Origin: Bacteroidales bacterium
GTDB taxonomy: Bacteria; Bacteroidota; Bacteroidia; Bacteroidales; GCA-2748055
Direction: 5' to 3'
NCBI GenBank assembly: GCA_021738565.1
Contig: JAIPBT010000017.1
Location: forward strand, 15,950 to 79,949
Length of the DNA: 64,000 bases
This document shows positions 41,804-52,600 of this stretch, one piece after another. The notes under the pieces are model-generated. The model made no database searches and had not been told where the DNA came from. It saw nothing but the letters and a program-made list of their open reading frames with translations. The position numbers and the translations under genes were made by a program. How positions within the stretch are numbered: the stretch's first letter is position 1; the number at the start of each line of letters is the position of its first letter.

Positions 41804-43933
41804 CTATCTGCCGTAGAATACCTCCAGCCTGTTGTCTTCAATGTCAGCATTTTCCATCATGGTGTTGTATGCCTCATATCCGGTTCTTGACTGTATGGCA
41901 TTGTTCAGGCGCATTTTAATAGAAGCAGTGCGTGCCGTGTTGGTACCTTGTTCCCGGTTGGTAACACTGATAACAAATACACTGTTTTCTCCAATGTATG
42001 GACCGGACATGGTTTCCGGAGGAAGATGCATGGATGCTCCCACAATATAAGGTTCCATTCCAATACCGGTAACATACGCATTTGCATATTGTACCTGGCT
42101 TGCTTCTTTCACTTGCAGGTTCTCCGATGATGCAAGTGCAGTAAGGTCACCTGTATTTTCCATTTTTTCAGCCAACCGCTCTTTTATGACCTCTCCTTTT
42201 TTCTGTTTTTTCACAGCAAGTTCAATTTCTGTTCTCACAGATTCAAAGTCTTCGTAACCTTGCTCCTTTACATCGGTTAATGCTGCGACAATATACCGGT
42301 CGTTGATACTGAAGATGTTGCTTATATCACCTTCTTCAGCATTGTAGGCCCAGCCAATGATATTGACAGGGTTTTCAAGTCCGGCGATTGTTCGCTGGTC
42401 CTTCGAAATGTCAGGCACGATGCGCGGATCAAGACCGTATTCCCTTGCCTGCTCTTCAAATTTTGACAGGTTGGTTGACTTTCCCCTGAACTTAACGGCC
42501 CTGTTGTAGATCTCCTGGTCTGTTTCATTGCTCGGGATAACACGGTGGACAACAGTGGCAACCTGGTATTTTCTTACCGGTCTGCTCTGTGATTCAATTC
42601 TGATGATATGCACCCCGTACCTGGTTGTTGCAGTGACAAGATCACCGCTTTTGTTTTCAAAACAGGCATTATTGAATGTTTGTTCCATGGTGCCTTCCGT
42701 AAACCATCCAAGATCACCTCCAATATTCCTGTTGCTTTCATCAGCAGAGTATTCCCTGGCAATGGCATTAAAATTTCCGCCGTTTTCAATCACTGTGAAA
42801 AGACTGTCTGCAATTTCTTCTGCACGCTGAATATCTCCAACGATGGAATAGCCAATAAGGATGTGCCGTGCTCTTACAGAATCGGGACGAAGGTCGGTGT
42901 CGCTGATCCTTGAAAGTTTGTAGGCATCGTTTTCATAATAGGGTCCGAATATGGATCCGTGTGGCATAGTTAAGAGAGAATCCTTTAAAATTGGCTGTAT
43001 TTCATTAAAGTTGTAATACATGTTGTCAAAAGGTACATCCGATACACTGTTCACATATGAGACAAGGTCCTCATTGTCTGTCCTCCTAAATTCATCTTTG
43101 GTCTGGATGGTCCATAATTCAGCATTTGCATCATCCTCTTCACTCGGCAGAACATCGAATGTAACATATTCTATGGTCCTTGCCTCATCGGATTTATATG
43201 ATTCAATATTGTCCCTGTAATACGATTTCAGGTCCGCCTCTGTAAATGAGATCTCATCATCAGGGATGTCTGAGAAATTTTTTGCAATGTAATTAAAATC
43301 AACCCGTTTGTCATTTTCAGTCTTGTAGTCATTTATATCCAATGAATTGGGCCTCAGTCCTTTATTGATCAGGGTGATGTATTTTTGATTCATTCTCTCC
43401 TCCATGATCTCATTTTCAATAAATCTCCACCTTTCCCTTTCCTCGGCATACTCTTCCCTGTCAAGTGAATTAAAATAATTTCTCATGATGAACAGATTGA
43501 ATTCTCCGGTCTCTGGATTTGAGAACATCTGGCGCACAATTGGGTGAGGTTCGCTAAAAGGTGCGGTTGAATTTCCAGTTCCCGACTGATCACCAACAAC
43601 CATCGCTTTTAGTTCATCGGTACTAACCTCTATGCCCAATTGTTTGTAGGATTTTCCCATGACAGATTTTCTTATCATCCTGCGCCAGGTTTCATTTTCA
43701 ATTTGTTGTTCAAGCTGTGGATCAAGGTTTTCACCATAATTCATCTTGTAAAAATTGATCAGGGTATTCTGTTCCTGCCGGTAATCTTCAATGCTGTATG
43801 AGTTCCCGTTGATCTCTGCAACTTCGTTGCTGGGTTTGATATTGAAATCAGTGAAAATAAACCCGATCATTGCGACGCCGATCGCCGCCATAACAAGCCC
43901 TGCTCGTCTTCTAATCTTCTCAAGAGTTGCCAT
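41804..43933 (-). CDS. ppiD: PpiD-like membrane-anchored chaperone (SurA N-terminal plus parvulin domain)
   Basis: MATLEKIR plus TM; VRARHILI, GGDLGWF and YGVHII parvulin motifs. Confidence 0.85.
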   Translation of the reverse strand: MATLEKIRRRAGLVMAAIGVAMIGFIFTDFNIKPSNEVAEINGNSYSIEDYRQEQNTLINFYKMNYGENLDPQLEQQIENETWRRMIRKSVMGKSYKQLGIEVSTDELKAMVVGDQSGTGNSTAPFSEPHPIVRQMFSNPETGEFNLFIMRNYFNSLDREEYAEERERWRFIENEIMEERMNQKYITLINKGLRPNSLDINDYKTENDKRVDFNYIAKNFSDIPDDEISFTEADLKSYYRDNIESYKSDEARTIEYVTFDVLPSEEDDANAELWTIQTKDEFRRTDNEDLVSYVNSVSDVPFDNMYYNFNEIQPILKDSLLTMPHGSIFGPYYENDAYKLSRISDTDLRPDSVRARHILIGYSIVGDIQRAEEIADSLFTVIENGGNFNAIAREYSADESNRNIGGDLGWFTEGTMEQTFNNACFENKSGDLVTATTRYGVHIIRIESQSRPVRKYQVATVVHRVIPSNETDQEIYNRAVKFRGKSTNLSKFEEQAREYGLDPRIVPDISKDQRTIAGLENPVNIIGWAYNAEEGDISNIFSINDRYIVAALTDVKEQGYEDFESVRTEIELAVKKQKKGEVIKERLAEKMENTGDLTALASSENLQVKEASQVQYANAYVTGIGMEPYIVGASMHLPPETMSGPYIGENSVFVISVTNREQGTNTARTASIKMRLNNAIQSRTGYEAYNTMMENADIEDNRLEVFYGR

Positions 43934-44070
43934 TAATTCCGTATTTCAGTTATTGTATACAATCAATTTTTTTGAGCGTACGAATATAGTAATAATAGGT
44001 CGAAACAAAAAAGATGCATCGATTAAAAATGGGGTGTATCAGGGTAAAATAGAGGGAAATATAAATCGGT

Positions 44071-45342
44071 TCATGATTCATCATTCACCGTAAGTTCAAC
44101 AAGCTCGATGCGGTTTGCACTTACTTTATTAATTTTCATTATAAGCCGGTCGATCTGGATGGTTTCATTGAGCCCGGGGATGTTATTCAAGTGATAAATA
44201 ATGAAGCCGGCAAGTGTATCATATTCTTCTGATTCCGGGATTTCCAGTTGGTAGGTTTCGTTCAGGTAACCTGTTTCAAGCCTTCCTGAAAGCATGTAGG
44301 TGTGATCGTTGATCCTTTGTTCAATAAGATCGATTATATCATGTTCATCCTGTATTTCCCCGAAAATTTCCTCGATCACATCTTCAGTGGTGATCAGACC
44401 GGAAGTCCCTCCAAATTCATCCACAACCACCGCAATGCTTTTGTTGTCTTTGATAAACGACTTCAGAATTTTATTTACCGGCAGCGTTTCGGGCACTACC
44501 GGCAGCGTTTTCAGGAAATTTCCAATGTGCTCCGGATTCTGGAACATGTCCTTGGAATTGACGTAACCAATCACATTGTCTATGGTGTTCCTGTATATCA
44601 GTATTCTGCTAAGGCCGGTTTCTGTAAATGCATCAACCAGCACCTGCACGGGACTTTCAATATCTACAGATACAATTTCAGTACGGGGGATCATACAATC
44701 GCGAACCTTAAGGTTGGAAAGTTCCAGCGCATTCTTAAATATTTTAAGGTCCTGTGTTTCAGATTGCCCGGTACCCTCTTCCTGGTTGCTTTCCTTAACA
44801 AGATGGTCCAGGTCCACTTTCCCAAACACTGTCTCTTGTCCCATGTCAGCCATACTGACTTTGAAGATGTAGCGCATAGTAAAATTGGATATCCCGATTG
44901 AAAGCCATGATACGGGATACAATAGGACATAAAATATAAGCACAGGAATTGAAAAAATACGAAGGGCTCCATTGGGATTGATCCTGAACAATGTTTTGGG
45001 CAGGAATTCAGCAGTAAGCAATATGAGCAGGGTAGAGATAATGGTCTGCAAAATAAGTACCAGGACTGCAGAATCGGTATGAAGCAGGTTGATGATGGGC
45101 TGCTCGAGTTGCCTGGCAATCACTATGCCGTATATAACCAGGGCGATGTTATTACCAACCAGCATGGTTGCGATATACCTTGCCGGATTGTTGGTAAAGA
45201 CCTTAACGATCCCGGAGGCAAACAATTTGTGTTTTTTTTCAATCTCGATCCGGAGTTTATTGGATGTCAGGAATGCAATTTCCATGCCCGAAAAAAATGC
45301 TGAAAACAGCAAGGCCAGGAATATGATGATCAGGTTGAACAT
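44071..45342 (-). CDS. CNNM/DUF21-CBS-CorC family membrane protein (HlyC/CorB-like)
   Basis: SAFFSGMEIAF, EFLPK and VVDEFGGTSGLITTEDVIEEIFGEI motifs. Confidence 0.92.
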   Translation of the reverse strand: MFNLIIIFLALLFSAFFSGMEIAFLTSNKLRIEIEKKHKLFASGIVKVFTNNPARYIATMLVGNNIALVIYGIVIARQLEQPIINLLHTDSAVLVLILQTIISTLLILLTAEFLPKTLFRINPNGALRIFSIPVLIFYVLLYPVSWLSIGISNFTMRYIFKVSMADMGQETVFGKVDLDHLVKESNQEEGTGQSETQDLKIFKNALELSNLKVRDCMIPRTEIVSVDIESPVQVLVDAFTETGLSRILIYRNTIDNVIGYVNSKDMFQNPEHIGNFLKTLPVVPETLPVNKILKSFIKDNKSIAVVVDEFGGTSGLITTEDVIEEIFGEIQDEHDIIDLIEQRINDHTYMLSGRLETGYLNETYQLEIPESEEYDTLAGFIIYHLNNIPGLNETIQIDRLIMKINKVSANRIELVELTVNDES

Positions 45343-45343
45343 T

Positions 45344-45526
45344 CTATTTGTCGGATAAGCGTATTTTTCTTCTTCTTAAATACATGACAAACGCAAGCAA
45401 TGCAAAAAGGAAGTAATACCAGCTTTCTGAAATTTCGCTGTTTACGGTTGCATCCACGCCTATAAACAATAACAAACCGCCCATAACAAACCAGACGATC
45501 TCAAGTATTACACCGGCTTTATTCAT
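45344..45526 (-). CDS. Small two-TM hypothetical protein
   Basis: 60 aa, two TM segments and a basic tail; exactly fills the gap between lptC and the CBS gene. Confidence 0.75.
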   Translation of the reverse strand: MNKAGVILEIVWFVMGGLLLFIGVDATVNSEISESWYYFLFALLAFVMYLRRRKIRLSDK

Positions 45527-46079
45527 CTTCTTTAACTTTTACAACTCCTTTGGAACCGATCAACGTGTAGTCGGTCATGGACTGGTTGGATCTGAAACCA
45601 TTCTGACCGTAAAATGTTCCGTTTTCATTCACGATTCTTGTATATGTATTTGAGTATATCTCTTCTTTTTCCTCGTTCCAGAAAAGTTCTTCAGTGTCAA
45701 GTTCCTCTCCGGTCTTGTAATTGCGAGCGATTACATTTCCGGTTGCATGCCAAAGCTTTTCATCGTTATAATATTTTGCATAATTTGCACTTATTTCAGA
45801 TTCAACATTGAGTGAATCGTCATAAAAAAATACAGTAAGTCCCTGTGGAAATTCGGTATATGGCTTCTCCGCAGCACTATATTGTTTAAGTTCACTGGCG
45901 ACCATTTTTACTTTGACCATTGCGGAGTCGCTGTATATGACCTCAATTTCTTCTCCGATAAGATCGGGATAGGTTTCGCTATCATTAAGAAATTGGATCT
46001 TTTCAATATCGTTTTCACACGCAGTCTGCAGTAAAACAATTGTAAGTAGAGGAAGCAATCTTGCGGCGAACCTTTTCAT
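45519..46079 (-). CDS. lptC: LPS export periplasmic protein LptC-like
   Basis: Lipobox-like LQTAC, EFPQGL and LDTEELFW beta-jellyroll pattern; start at MKRFAA. Confidence 0.8.
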   Translation of the reverse strand: MKRFAARLLPLLTIVLLQTACENDIEKIQFLNDSETYPDLIGEEIEVIYSDSAMVKVKMVASELKQYSAAEKPYTEFPQGLTVFFYDDSLNVESEISANYAKYYNDEKLWHATGNVIARNYKTGEELDTEELFWNEEKEEIYSNTYTRIVNENGTFYGQNGFRSNQSMTDYTLIGSKGVVKVKEDE

Positions 46080-46125
46080 TACCTTTTGCGAACGATAGTG
46101 CATAAGGGTGTCATATGAATAAAAG

Positions 46126-46184
46126 ACTGTCAGCAAAGTTAATGAAGTCCTGGATTAAATAAAACAGGATTCTTTACTGACAGT
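46126..46184. promoter_or_regulatory. Intra-operon hairpin overlapping a candidate internal promoter
   Basis: ACTGTCAGCAAAG / CTTTACTGACAGT arms with inner TCCTG/CAGGA; TAACTTTG on the minus strand at 46134-46141. Confidence 0.45.
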
Positions 46185-46201
46185 TTCAATGTTAATATCA
46201 T

Positions 46202-47548
46202 CTATTGTTTTCTGGTCCTGACTGTGGTGTATTCGTTGATGCAGCCTTTGACATGATAAGAATCTCCTTCCTTCAGGGTTCTGAAGAAACAGGTTTCACT
46301 GTCGGGATACTGACTTGCATAATCATTGATGCGCTTGTTCGCTACGTCAGCGACAGTGGCATCAGAATTTTTTGCCTTGATATATTTATCTGCAGCTGCC
46401 CAGAAAGCTGTTCTTTGTTCGAATTCATCACTGAGGTTTGTCCTGCTTTCGATGTACAGATCCCCAAGTAAAATGTAGGCCTCACCGTAACCGGAATTGT
46501 TTTTTATAGCTTCTTTTGCATATTCAATGGCCTTGCAAACATTGTTGAGAACCCTGGTTACCTGAGCCAGTTCATAATAGTAATGTGCCATTGTTTCGTT
46601 ATCAGCCTCACCTGAAACTGCTTCTTCATAGTACCTCACGGCTTTGTCGTAATTTTCCTTTGCAACCAGCAGACGGGCCAGTTTATAGGCTGATTCATGG
46701 GAAGGATCTATAAAGTATAGCTGTTCAGAAGCTTTGACATACATGTCCGATCTGTCACAACCACTCGTATAGTAAAAGTCAATCATCTTATTCAGGAAAT
46801 CCTCATCTTCTTTGTTCTCTTCAAATTTTGGCGAGTAATAGTCATTCAGCGCCTGGCATGTAAGTATCCCTTCATTGAGCATGAATTCATCAACGGTTTC
46901 TTTTGCCCTGAGAAAGCGCCTGTTATTTGGGTTCTTATTCAATTTGTTGTCTATGATCTCACTGGTAGTGAAATAATCACTGATCGCCTGGTCCTGCTCA
47001 ATGATACCTGTTTTATTCAGCGAAATACTTGCATTAACAAACAATATCAGGATCGCGTCACGTGCACCGTCAGGATCCAGTTCTATACTTCGTCCGAGAT
47101 ATTCGTAGGCTTCCTCTATTGATTCAATTTTGTCTTTTCTGTACCTCAGTATGTCTGTTGCTTTCCGGCCCAGCACATTGGCTTCGTCATCGAAATATTT
47201 CATCCGTTGGTCGTAGATGATCATGATGGTATCCACATACTTGTCAACCAATTCGGGATTTTTCCCCCCGGAAAGAAACGTTTTGTACATATTCACCCCA
47301 TGTACATACATATTCAGACTTGATGCAGGACATTCAGCAAACACCTTTCTCCATGACTTAATGGCATCATCATAATTGTTATGCTTATAGAATTCTGAAT
47401 ACAACGACAGGTTCATAAGACAGTTGATGCTATCCTCCCCGTGTCCGTATTTGGAGCCATCTTCCACCCCTTTTTGGGACATTAGAGGAATTGTAAGTAT
47501 GAATGCCAGGGCAATAAATAATATTGACTTAAGTCCTGAAGTTTTCAT
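46202..47548 (-). CDS. Exported tetratricopeptide-repeat protein
   Basis: Signal peptide and TPR-like helices such as AYILLGDLY. Confidence 0.85.
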   Translation of the reverse strand: MKTSGLKSILFIALAFILTIPLMSQKGVEDGSKYGHGEDSINCLMNLSLYSEFYKHNNYDDAIKSWRKVFAECPASSLNMYVHGVNMYKTFLSGGKNPELVDKYVDTIMIIYDQRMKYFDDEANVLGRKATDILRYRKDKIESIEEAYEYLGRSIELDPDGARDAILILFVNASISLNKTGIIEQDQAISDYFTTSEIIDNKLNKNPNNRRFLRAKETVDEFMLNEGILTCQALNDYYSPKFEENKEDEDFLNKMIDFYYTSGCDRSDMYVKASEQLYFIDPSHESAYKLARLLVAKENYDKAVRYYEEAVSGEADNETMAHYYYELAQVTRVLNNVCKAIEYAKEAIKNNSGYGEAYILLGDLYIESRTNLSDEFEQRTAFWAAADKYIKAKNSDATVADVANKRINDYASQYPDSETCFFRTLKEGDSYHVKGCINEYTTVRTRKQ

Positions 47549-47574
47549 ATCAAAAGAATTTTCTTATCAAATAA

Positions 47575-48882
47575 TTAATCAAATTTTCTTTTATAGAACC
47601 AAAGATCGTGCAAAGTTACATTAAATGATAGAATACCATAATTTTCCTTTACCAAATTATTCTCTGTCGTACCCCTTGTGCCTAATGTAAAAGCAACATT
47701 CAATGACGATTTGGTTTTTCCTATTGGGAAACCTACTCCAAATGTCATGCCATAATCATTAAGTTGGTATTTCCCGACTTTAACGTATGAATCCTTGTAA
47801 AATCCACCCAGTCTGTAACTTATAAGATTGTGATATCCCCTGAAAGCTTCAAAATCGGGAATGAACTCGATGCCTGCATGTATGGATCTTGTGTTGGCAA
47901 GGTCGAATCCTTCAGCCGATAAAGCACTGTTGTTTACCGTTTCCCAGTCCTGCATATAGTAATCTCCGGTTATCGTCAGTTTGTTGGGAATTCCGAAAGC
48001 AATTCCGACACCTGTTTTTGCAGGTACCGTTATTGTTTCTTCAGTCTTGTCACTTACTATATCCACGACATTGGAAATATATACTGAATCAATGTAAGAG
48101 GATCTTCCGGGGAATTTATTTGTGATGGTTTGGGTGAAAGCTGAATTTAGATTGGTCTGAAGGTCATATATGCCGCCCAGGGTAAAGAAAAATTTATCGG
48201 CTATTACCTCTTTATACATTATACCAAAGCCAAAATAGGTATGGCTCAGATCGATCTCATCGATTGCATATGTTTCTGCAAACCCCCTGTTCCTGGGAAA
48301 CTGCATAGACCTTTCGCGGTTGATATTGCCAAGCAGGTAATTCATATTTACACCAAGTGAGACCCTGTTGAACAGCTCTACCGATGCACCGAGGAAATAT
48401 TTTAGTATTCCTCCGTCCCCATTGAAATAGAGGTCAATTGCATCTCCTGTACCGAGTTCATCGTATTCCTGTTTGATCTTGTATCCTACCGAACTGTATG
48501 GAACAATTCCTGTTCCCAGTGCAAAATATTTGCCTATGGGAGCTGAGAAAGCGAAATGATCCAGATTCACGTTGGTCCAGGTAGTCGAAAGGTCTGTTGT
48601 GTTATACTGGTTTCGGTAGGTATTTATTCCAAAATCAAGTAAGACCGACATGCTGTCCCTGGCCGCGTAGGCAGCAGGATTGAGGTAGTTTAACTTCGAA
48701 CCGTCCCTGATGGCTATACCGGTACCCCCCATGGCCTGGTTCTGACCAAAACCTCCGTGTGAAAGATCACCAAGTCCGAACCTGGTATAGGGTGAATATG
48801 TATTGAATTGAGAATTAACAGTAAGGGAAAAAAGCAAGAAAATACAACCCAGAATACTAATTCTTGTTCGTCTGTAACGCAT
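47575..48882 (-). CDS. Outer-membrane beta-barrel, FadL/OMPP1-like
   Basis: Signal peptide, SPYTRFGLG, MGGTGIA, NPAA, alternating beta-strands and an aromatic C-terminus. Confidence 0.75.
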   Translation of the reverse strand: MRYRRTRISILGCIFLLFSLTVNSQFNTYSPYTRFGLGDLSHGGFGQNQAMGGTGIAIRDGSKLNYLNPAAYAARDSMSVLLDFGINTYRNQYNTTDLSTTWTNVNLDHFAFSAPIGKYFALGTGIVPYSSVGYKIKQEYDELGTGDAIDLYFNGDGGILKYFLGASVELFNRVSLGVNMNYLLGNINRERSMQFPRNRGFAETYAIDEIDLSHTYFGFGIMYKEVIADKFFFTLGGIYDLQTNLNSAFTQTITNKFPGRSSYIDSVYISNVVDIVSDKTEETITVPAKTGVGIAFGIPNKLTITGDYYMQDWETVNNSALSAEGFDLANTRSIHAGIEFIPDFEAFRGYHNLISYRLGGFYKDSYVKVGKYQLNDYGMTFGVGFPIGKTKSSLNVAFTLGTRGTTENNLVKENYGILSFNVTLHDLWFYKRKFD

Positions 48883-49603
48883 TGTAATCTAAAATTCTGT
48901 TTAATCCTATAAGGTTCAGATGCGAAACCACAAAGATGCTATTTTTTAGCCTTTTATCAAAAGAATTTGCATCCCCCCCGGTTAAAACCACTTTAAGATC
49001 TTTGTAATCAAGTTTGAGTGCATCCATGTAACCGTTGATTTCAAAAATCAAACCATTGACAACCCCTGAGATTATTGCTTCATCTGTTGATTTTCCCAGA
49101 AGGTTAACCTGGTTTTCATCAAGCTCCAGCATTGGCAAACGGTTTGTGAATTTGTGCAATGCCCTGAAGCGCATCTGCAATCCCGGGGAAATATTTCCTC
49201 CCAGGTATTCGCCACCTGAAGTTACAAGGTCAAATGTTATTGCAGTTCCTGCATCTATTACCAGAACGTCGTTCTCAGGGAAAATAGTATGTGCACCTGT
49301 TGCGGCTGCTATCCTGTCATATCCGAGCGTCTCCGGGGTTTTGTAATGACTGGTCAGGGGCAGGGGGGTTGAACTGTTCAATTCAAGGAAAATGTCAAAG
49401 GTGGTTTGCAGGTAATCTATAAGTTCCCTGGAGTGGTTGGTTACACTGGAAAAAATAACTCCCCGTACATCTTTATAACTGTTTATAAAATATGCAATTT
49501 CTTTGTTTGAGATTTTTTCCGATATTACACTTTCAATTATATCAGTTCCCTTGCAGACTGCAATTTTGCAGTTGGTATTGCCCATGTCAATGACAAGGTT
49601 CAT
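48857..49603 (-). CDS. coaX: Type III pantothenate kinase
   Basis: IDMGNT, LGYDR, IDAGTAIT and LTGGD motifs; start may be 49621. Confidence 0.93.
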   Translation of the reverse strand: MNLVIDMGNTNCKIAVCKGTDIIESVISEKISNKEIAYFINSYKDVRGVIFSSVTNHSRELIDYLQTTFDIFLELNSSTPLPLTSHYKTPETLGYDRIAAATGAHTIFPENDVLVIDAGTAITFDLVTSGGEYLGGNISPGLQMRFRALHKFTNRLPMLELDENQVNLLGKSTDEAIISGVVNGLIFEINGYMDALKLDYKDLKVVLTGGDANSFDKRLKNSIFVVSHLNLIGLNRILDYNALQTNKN

Positions 49604-49623
49604 ATGTTTGCCTTTGTACATAA

Positions 49624-52600
49624 TTATTGATCTCCGTGGTTTAGCACCTTCATTATTCCTATGGTTTCAGATATGCCTGATATTTTATTGACCCGCAAGC
49701 TCAACCTGTCATTTTCCTGTCGCATCCTGAACAACCCCGGGTTTTTCTGAACATTTTCTATTACCCGGCTGAAAACAGGAGAACGATAAAATGGCGAATT
49801 CGGATTTGCTACAAAGTACGTGATCAATGTATTATTTTTCAAGACCATTTTTTCAACACCTGTTTGCATCGCGATCCAACGCAGTTCCACAACCTGAAGC
49901 AGGGCTTCTGCTTCGGGAGGTAGTGGTCCGAATCTGTCGGTAAGCATGTTCCTGAAATCTTCAAGTGCTTCATGATCGTTGAGATCGTCAAGTTCGCGAT
50001 AGAGGTTCATCCTTTCTGTGATGCTGGACACATATGATTCGGGCAGTAACAGTTCAAGATCTGTATCCACGTGGCAATCCTGGATGAATTTCCTGTCATC
50101 TGATTCTGTTCCTCTCTTTTGATCATCCAGCAGATCCGGGTAACTCTCTTCCCTGATCTCCCTGATGGCCTCGTTCAGGATCTTGTGGTATGTTTCAAAA
50201 CCAATATCAGCAATAAATCCGCTTTGCTCAGCGCCAAGCAGGTTGCCGGCCCCCCTGATATCAAGATCCTGCATGGCGATGTTGAATCCGCTTCCCAGGT
50301 CGGAATATTCTTCAATGGCCTTCAGCCTGCGGCGTGCTTCAGGTGTCAATAACGTGATGTTTGGAGCGAACAGGTAGCAGAATGCTTTCCTGTTTGATCT
50401 TCCTACACGGCCGCGAAGTTGATGCAAATCACTCAGTCCGAAATGATGGGCATTGTTGATAACGATCGTATTGGTATTGGGTATGTCAAGTCCTGACTCG
50501 ATGATAGATGTGGCAATCAGTACATCATGATCGCCATTCATGAATTCAAGCATGACCTTCTCCAGGGGCCTGCCGTCCATCTGGCCATGGGCCACAACCG
50601 ATCTTATCCCGGGCACAAGCTTGTCTACCAATAGTTTTACTTCTCCAATGTTCTGAACCCTGTTGTGGATGAAGAAGACCTGTCCTCCGCGACTGACCTC
50701 ATATTCTATTGCCTCCCTGATGATCTCCTCGTTAAACTGATGCAGTTCTGTTATGATCGGATGCCTGTTGGGCGGTGGTGTGTTAATGATGGAAAGATCC
50801 CTTGCACCCATCAATGAAAATTGAAGGGTACGTGGTATCGGTGTGGCAGTAAGGGTCAGGGTATCCACATTCACCTTGATTTTTTTTAGCTTTTCTTTTA
50901 CTGCTACACCGAATTTTTGTTCTTCATCAATAATGAGTAATCCAAGGTCTCTGAATTGAATAGATTCACTCACAAGTTTATGGGTTCCGATAATGACATC
51001 AAGGGTCCCGTCTTTAAGCCGGTTGTAAATTTTCTTCTGATCGGAAGTGGACCTGAAACGGCTGATGTAATCGACAGAACAGGGGAATTCATTCAGCCTG
51101 CTCTTAAAGGTATTGTAATGCTGGAATGCCAGTAGGGTTGTTGGAACAAGCACAGCCACCTGTTTGCTGTCGCTCACTGCTTTGAATGCAGCCCTGATGG
51201 CTACTTCGGTTTTCCCGAATCCCACATCTCCGCAGACAAGCCTGTCCATGGGAAAATCAGCCTCCATGCCGGTTTTGAAATCTTTTGTGGCCTTCACCTG
51301 GTCGGGAGTGTCTTCATACATAAAAGAAGCTTCAAGCTCCCGTTGAAGATAAGTGTCCGGTGTAAAAGAAAACCCCTTCTGTTCCCTTCTTTTTGCATAA
51401 AGGTTGATAAGTTCCCCTGCAATGTCCTTTACCTTGCTCTTGGTCCTTTGTTTCAGTTTTTGCCAGGCCCCCGTTCCAAGCTTGTAGATTTTCGGTTCCT
51501 TTCCCTCTTTTCCTTTGTATTTTGATATTTTGTGCAGGGAATGAATATTAACGAAAAGGACATCATTGTCCTTGTAAACCAACCTTACAGCTTCCTGGTT
51601 TCTTCCGTTCACACTGATCCTCTCCAACCCTCCGAATTTGCCGATTCCATGGTCAACATGCACTATGTAATCTCCCGGATTAAGCCCCGACAGTTCTTTG
51701 ATGGATAGCGCCTCCTTTTTGTTGAACCTGTCGTGAAGTCTGAATTTGTGGTACCTTTCAAATACCTGGTGGTCCGTGTAAATGGCAACATCAAGGTCGG
51801 TATCGGTGAATCCCTGATGCAGGCTTGTCAATACCTGGTTGTATTTGACTTCCGGGTTGATCTCGCTGAAAATGGCAGTCAGTCTTTCAAGCTGACCTTT
51901 ACTTTCTGAAAGGATATAATTCGTTAAACCTTTTGTTTCAGTGTTCTCAAGCAATACTTTTGAAAACAATTCAAAATCCTTGTTAAACCTCGGTTGGGAA
52001 GAAGTATTGAATTGCAATGTTCTGTGCGGCGGGAACAGGTGGGGTCTTGAGAATTCAATGATTGTGAAATTTGCCAGTTTTTCCCTTATCTGTGAAGCAT
52101 GAACAAGCAACTCCTCCTTTGGAAGGCTTCCTTCCAGGTCCTTTTCAATTACAGTACGGGTGTATACTTCCTCTATTTGAGCAAGTATCATTTCCAGGTC
52201 GTCTGTCCAGATGGTGGCGCCGGCAGGGATATAGTCAAGAAATGAAACCCTTTTTTCGCCGAGTTCTTTTTCCCATTGAACATTGGGTATGACGGAAACA
52301 CGGTTCAGCTGGTTTTCTGAACGCTGTGATTCAACATCAAATGTCCTTATGGAATCTACTTCATTCCCAAAAAGATCGATCCTGTATGGCCGGGAAGATG
52401 AATAGGAGAAAACATCAACAATGCCGCCGCGGATGGCGTACTGTCCGGGTTCATAAACAAATTCAACGGGCTTGAATGAATAGGTTTCCATTACTTCCGC
52501 GAGGAAGTCAAGGGATATGTTTTCGCCTTTTTTGATCTCAAATGTATGCCTTCCCAGTTCGGCCCTCGTTAATACCTTCTCCAGCAGTGCTTCTGCATAG

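Noticed and set aside
44302..44901. 199-aa plus-strand ORF
   Set aside because: Antisense shadow of the CBS/CorC gene; the other short overlapping ORFs in the track were rejected for the same reason.
44071..45342. Hemolysin or virulence interpretation of the CBS protein
   Set aside because: The domain layout is that of CNNM/CorB divalent-cation transporters; the hemolysin label is legacy annotation.
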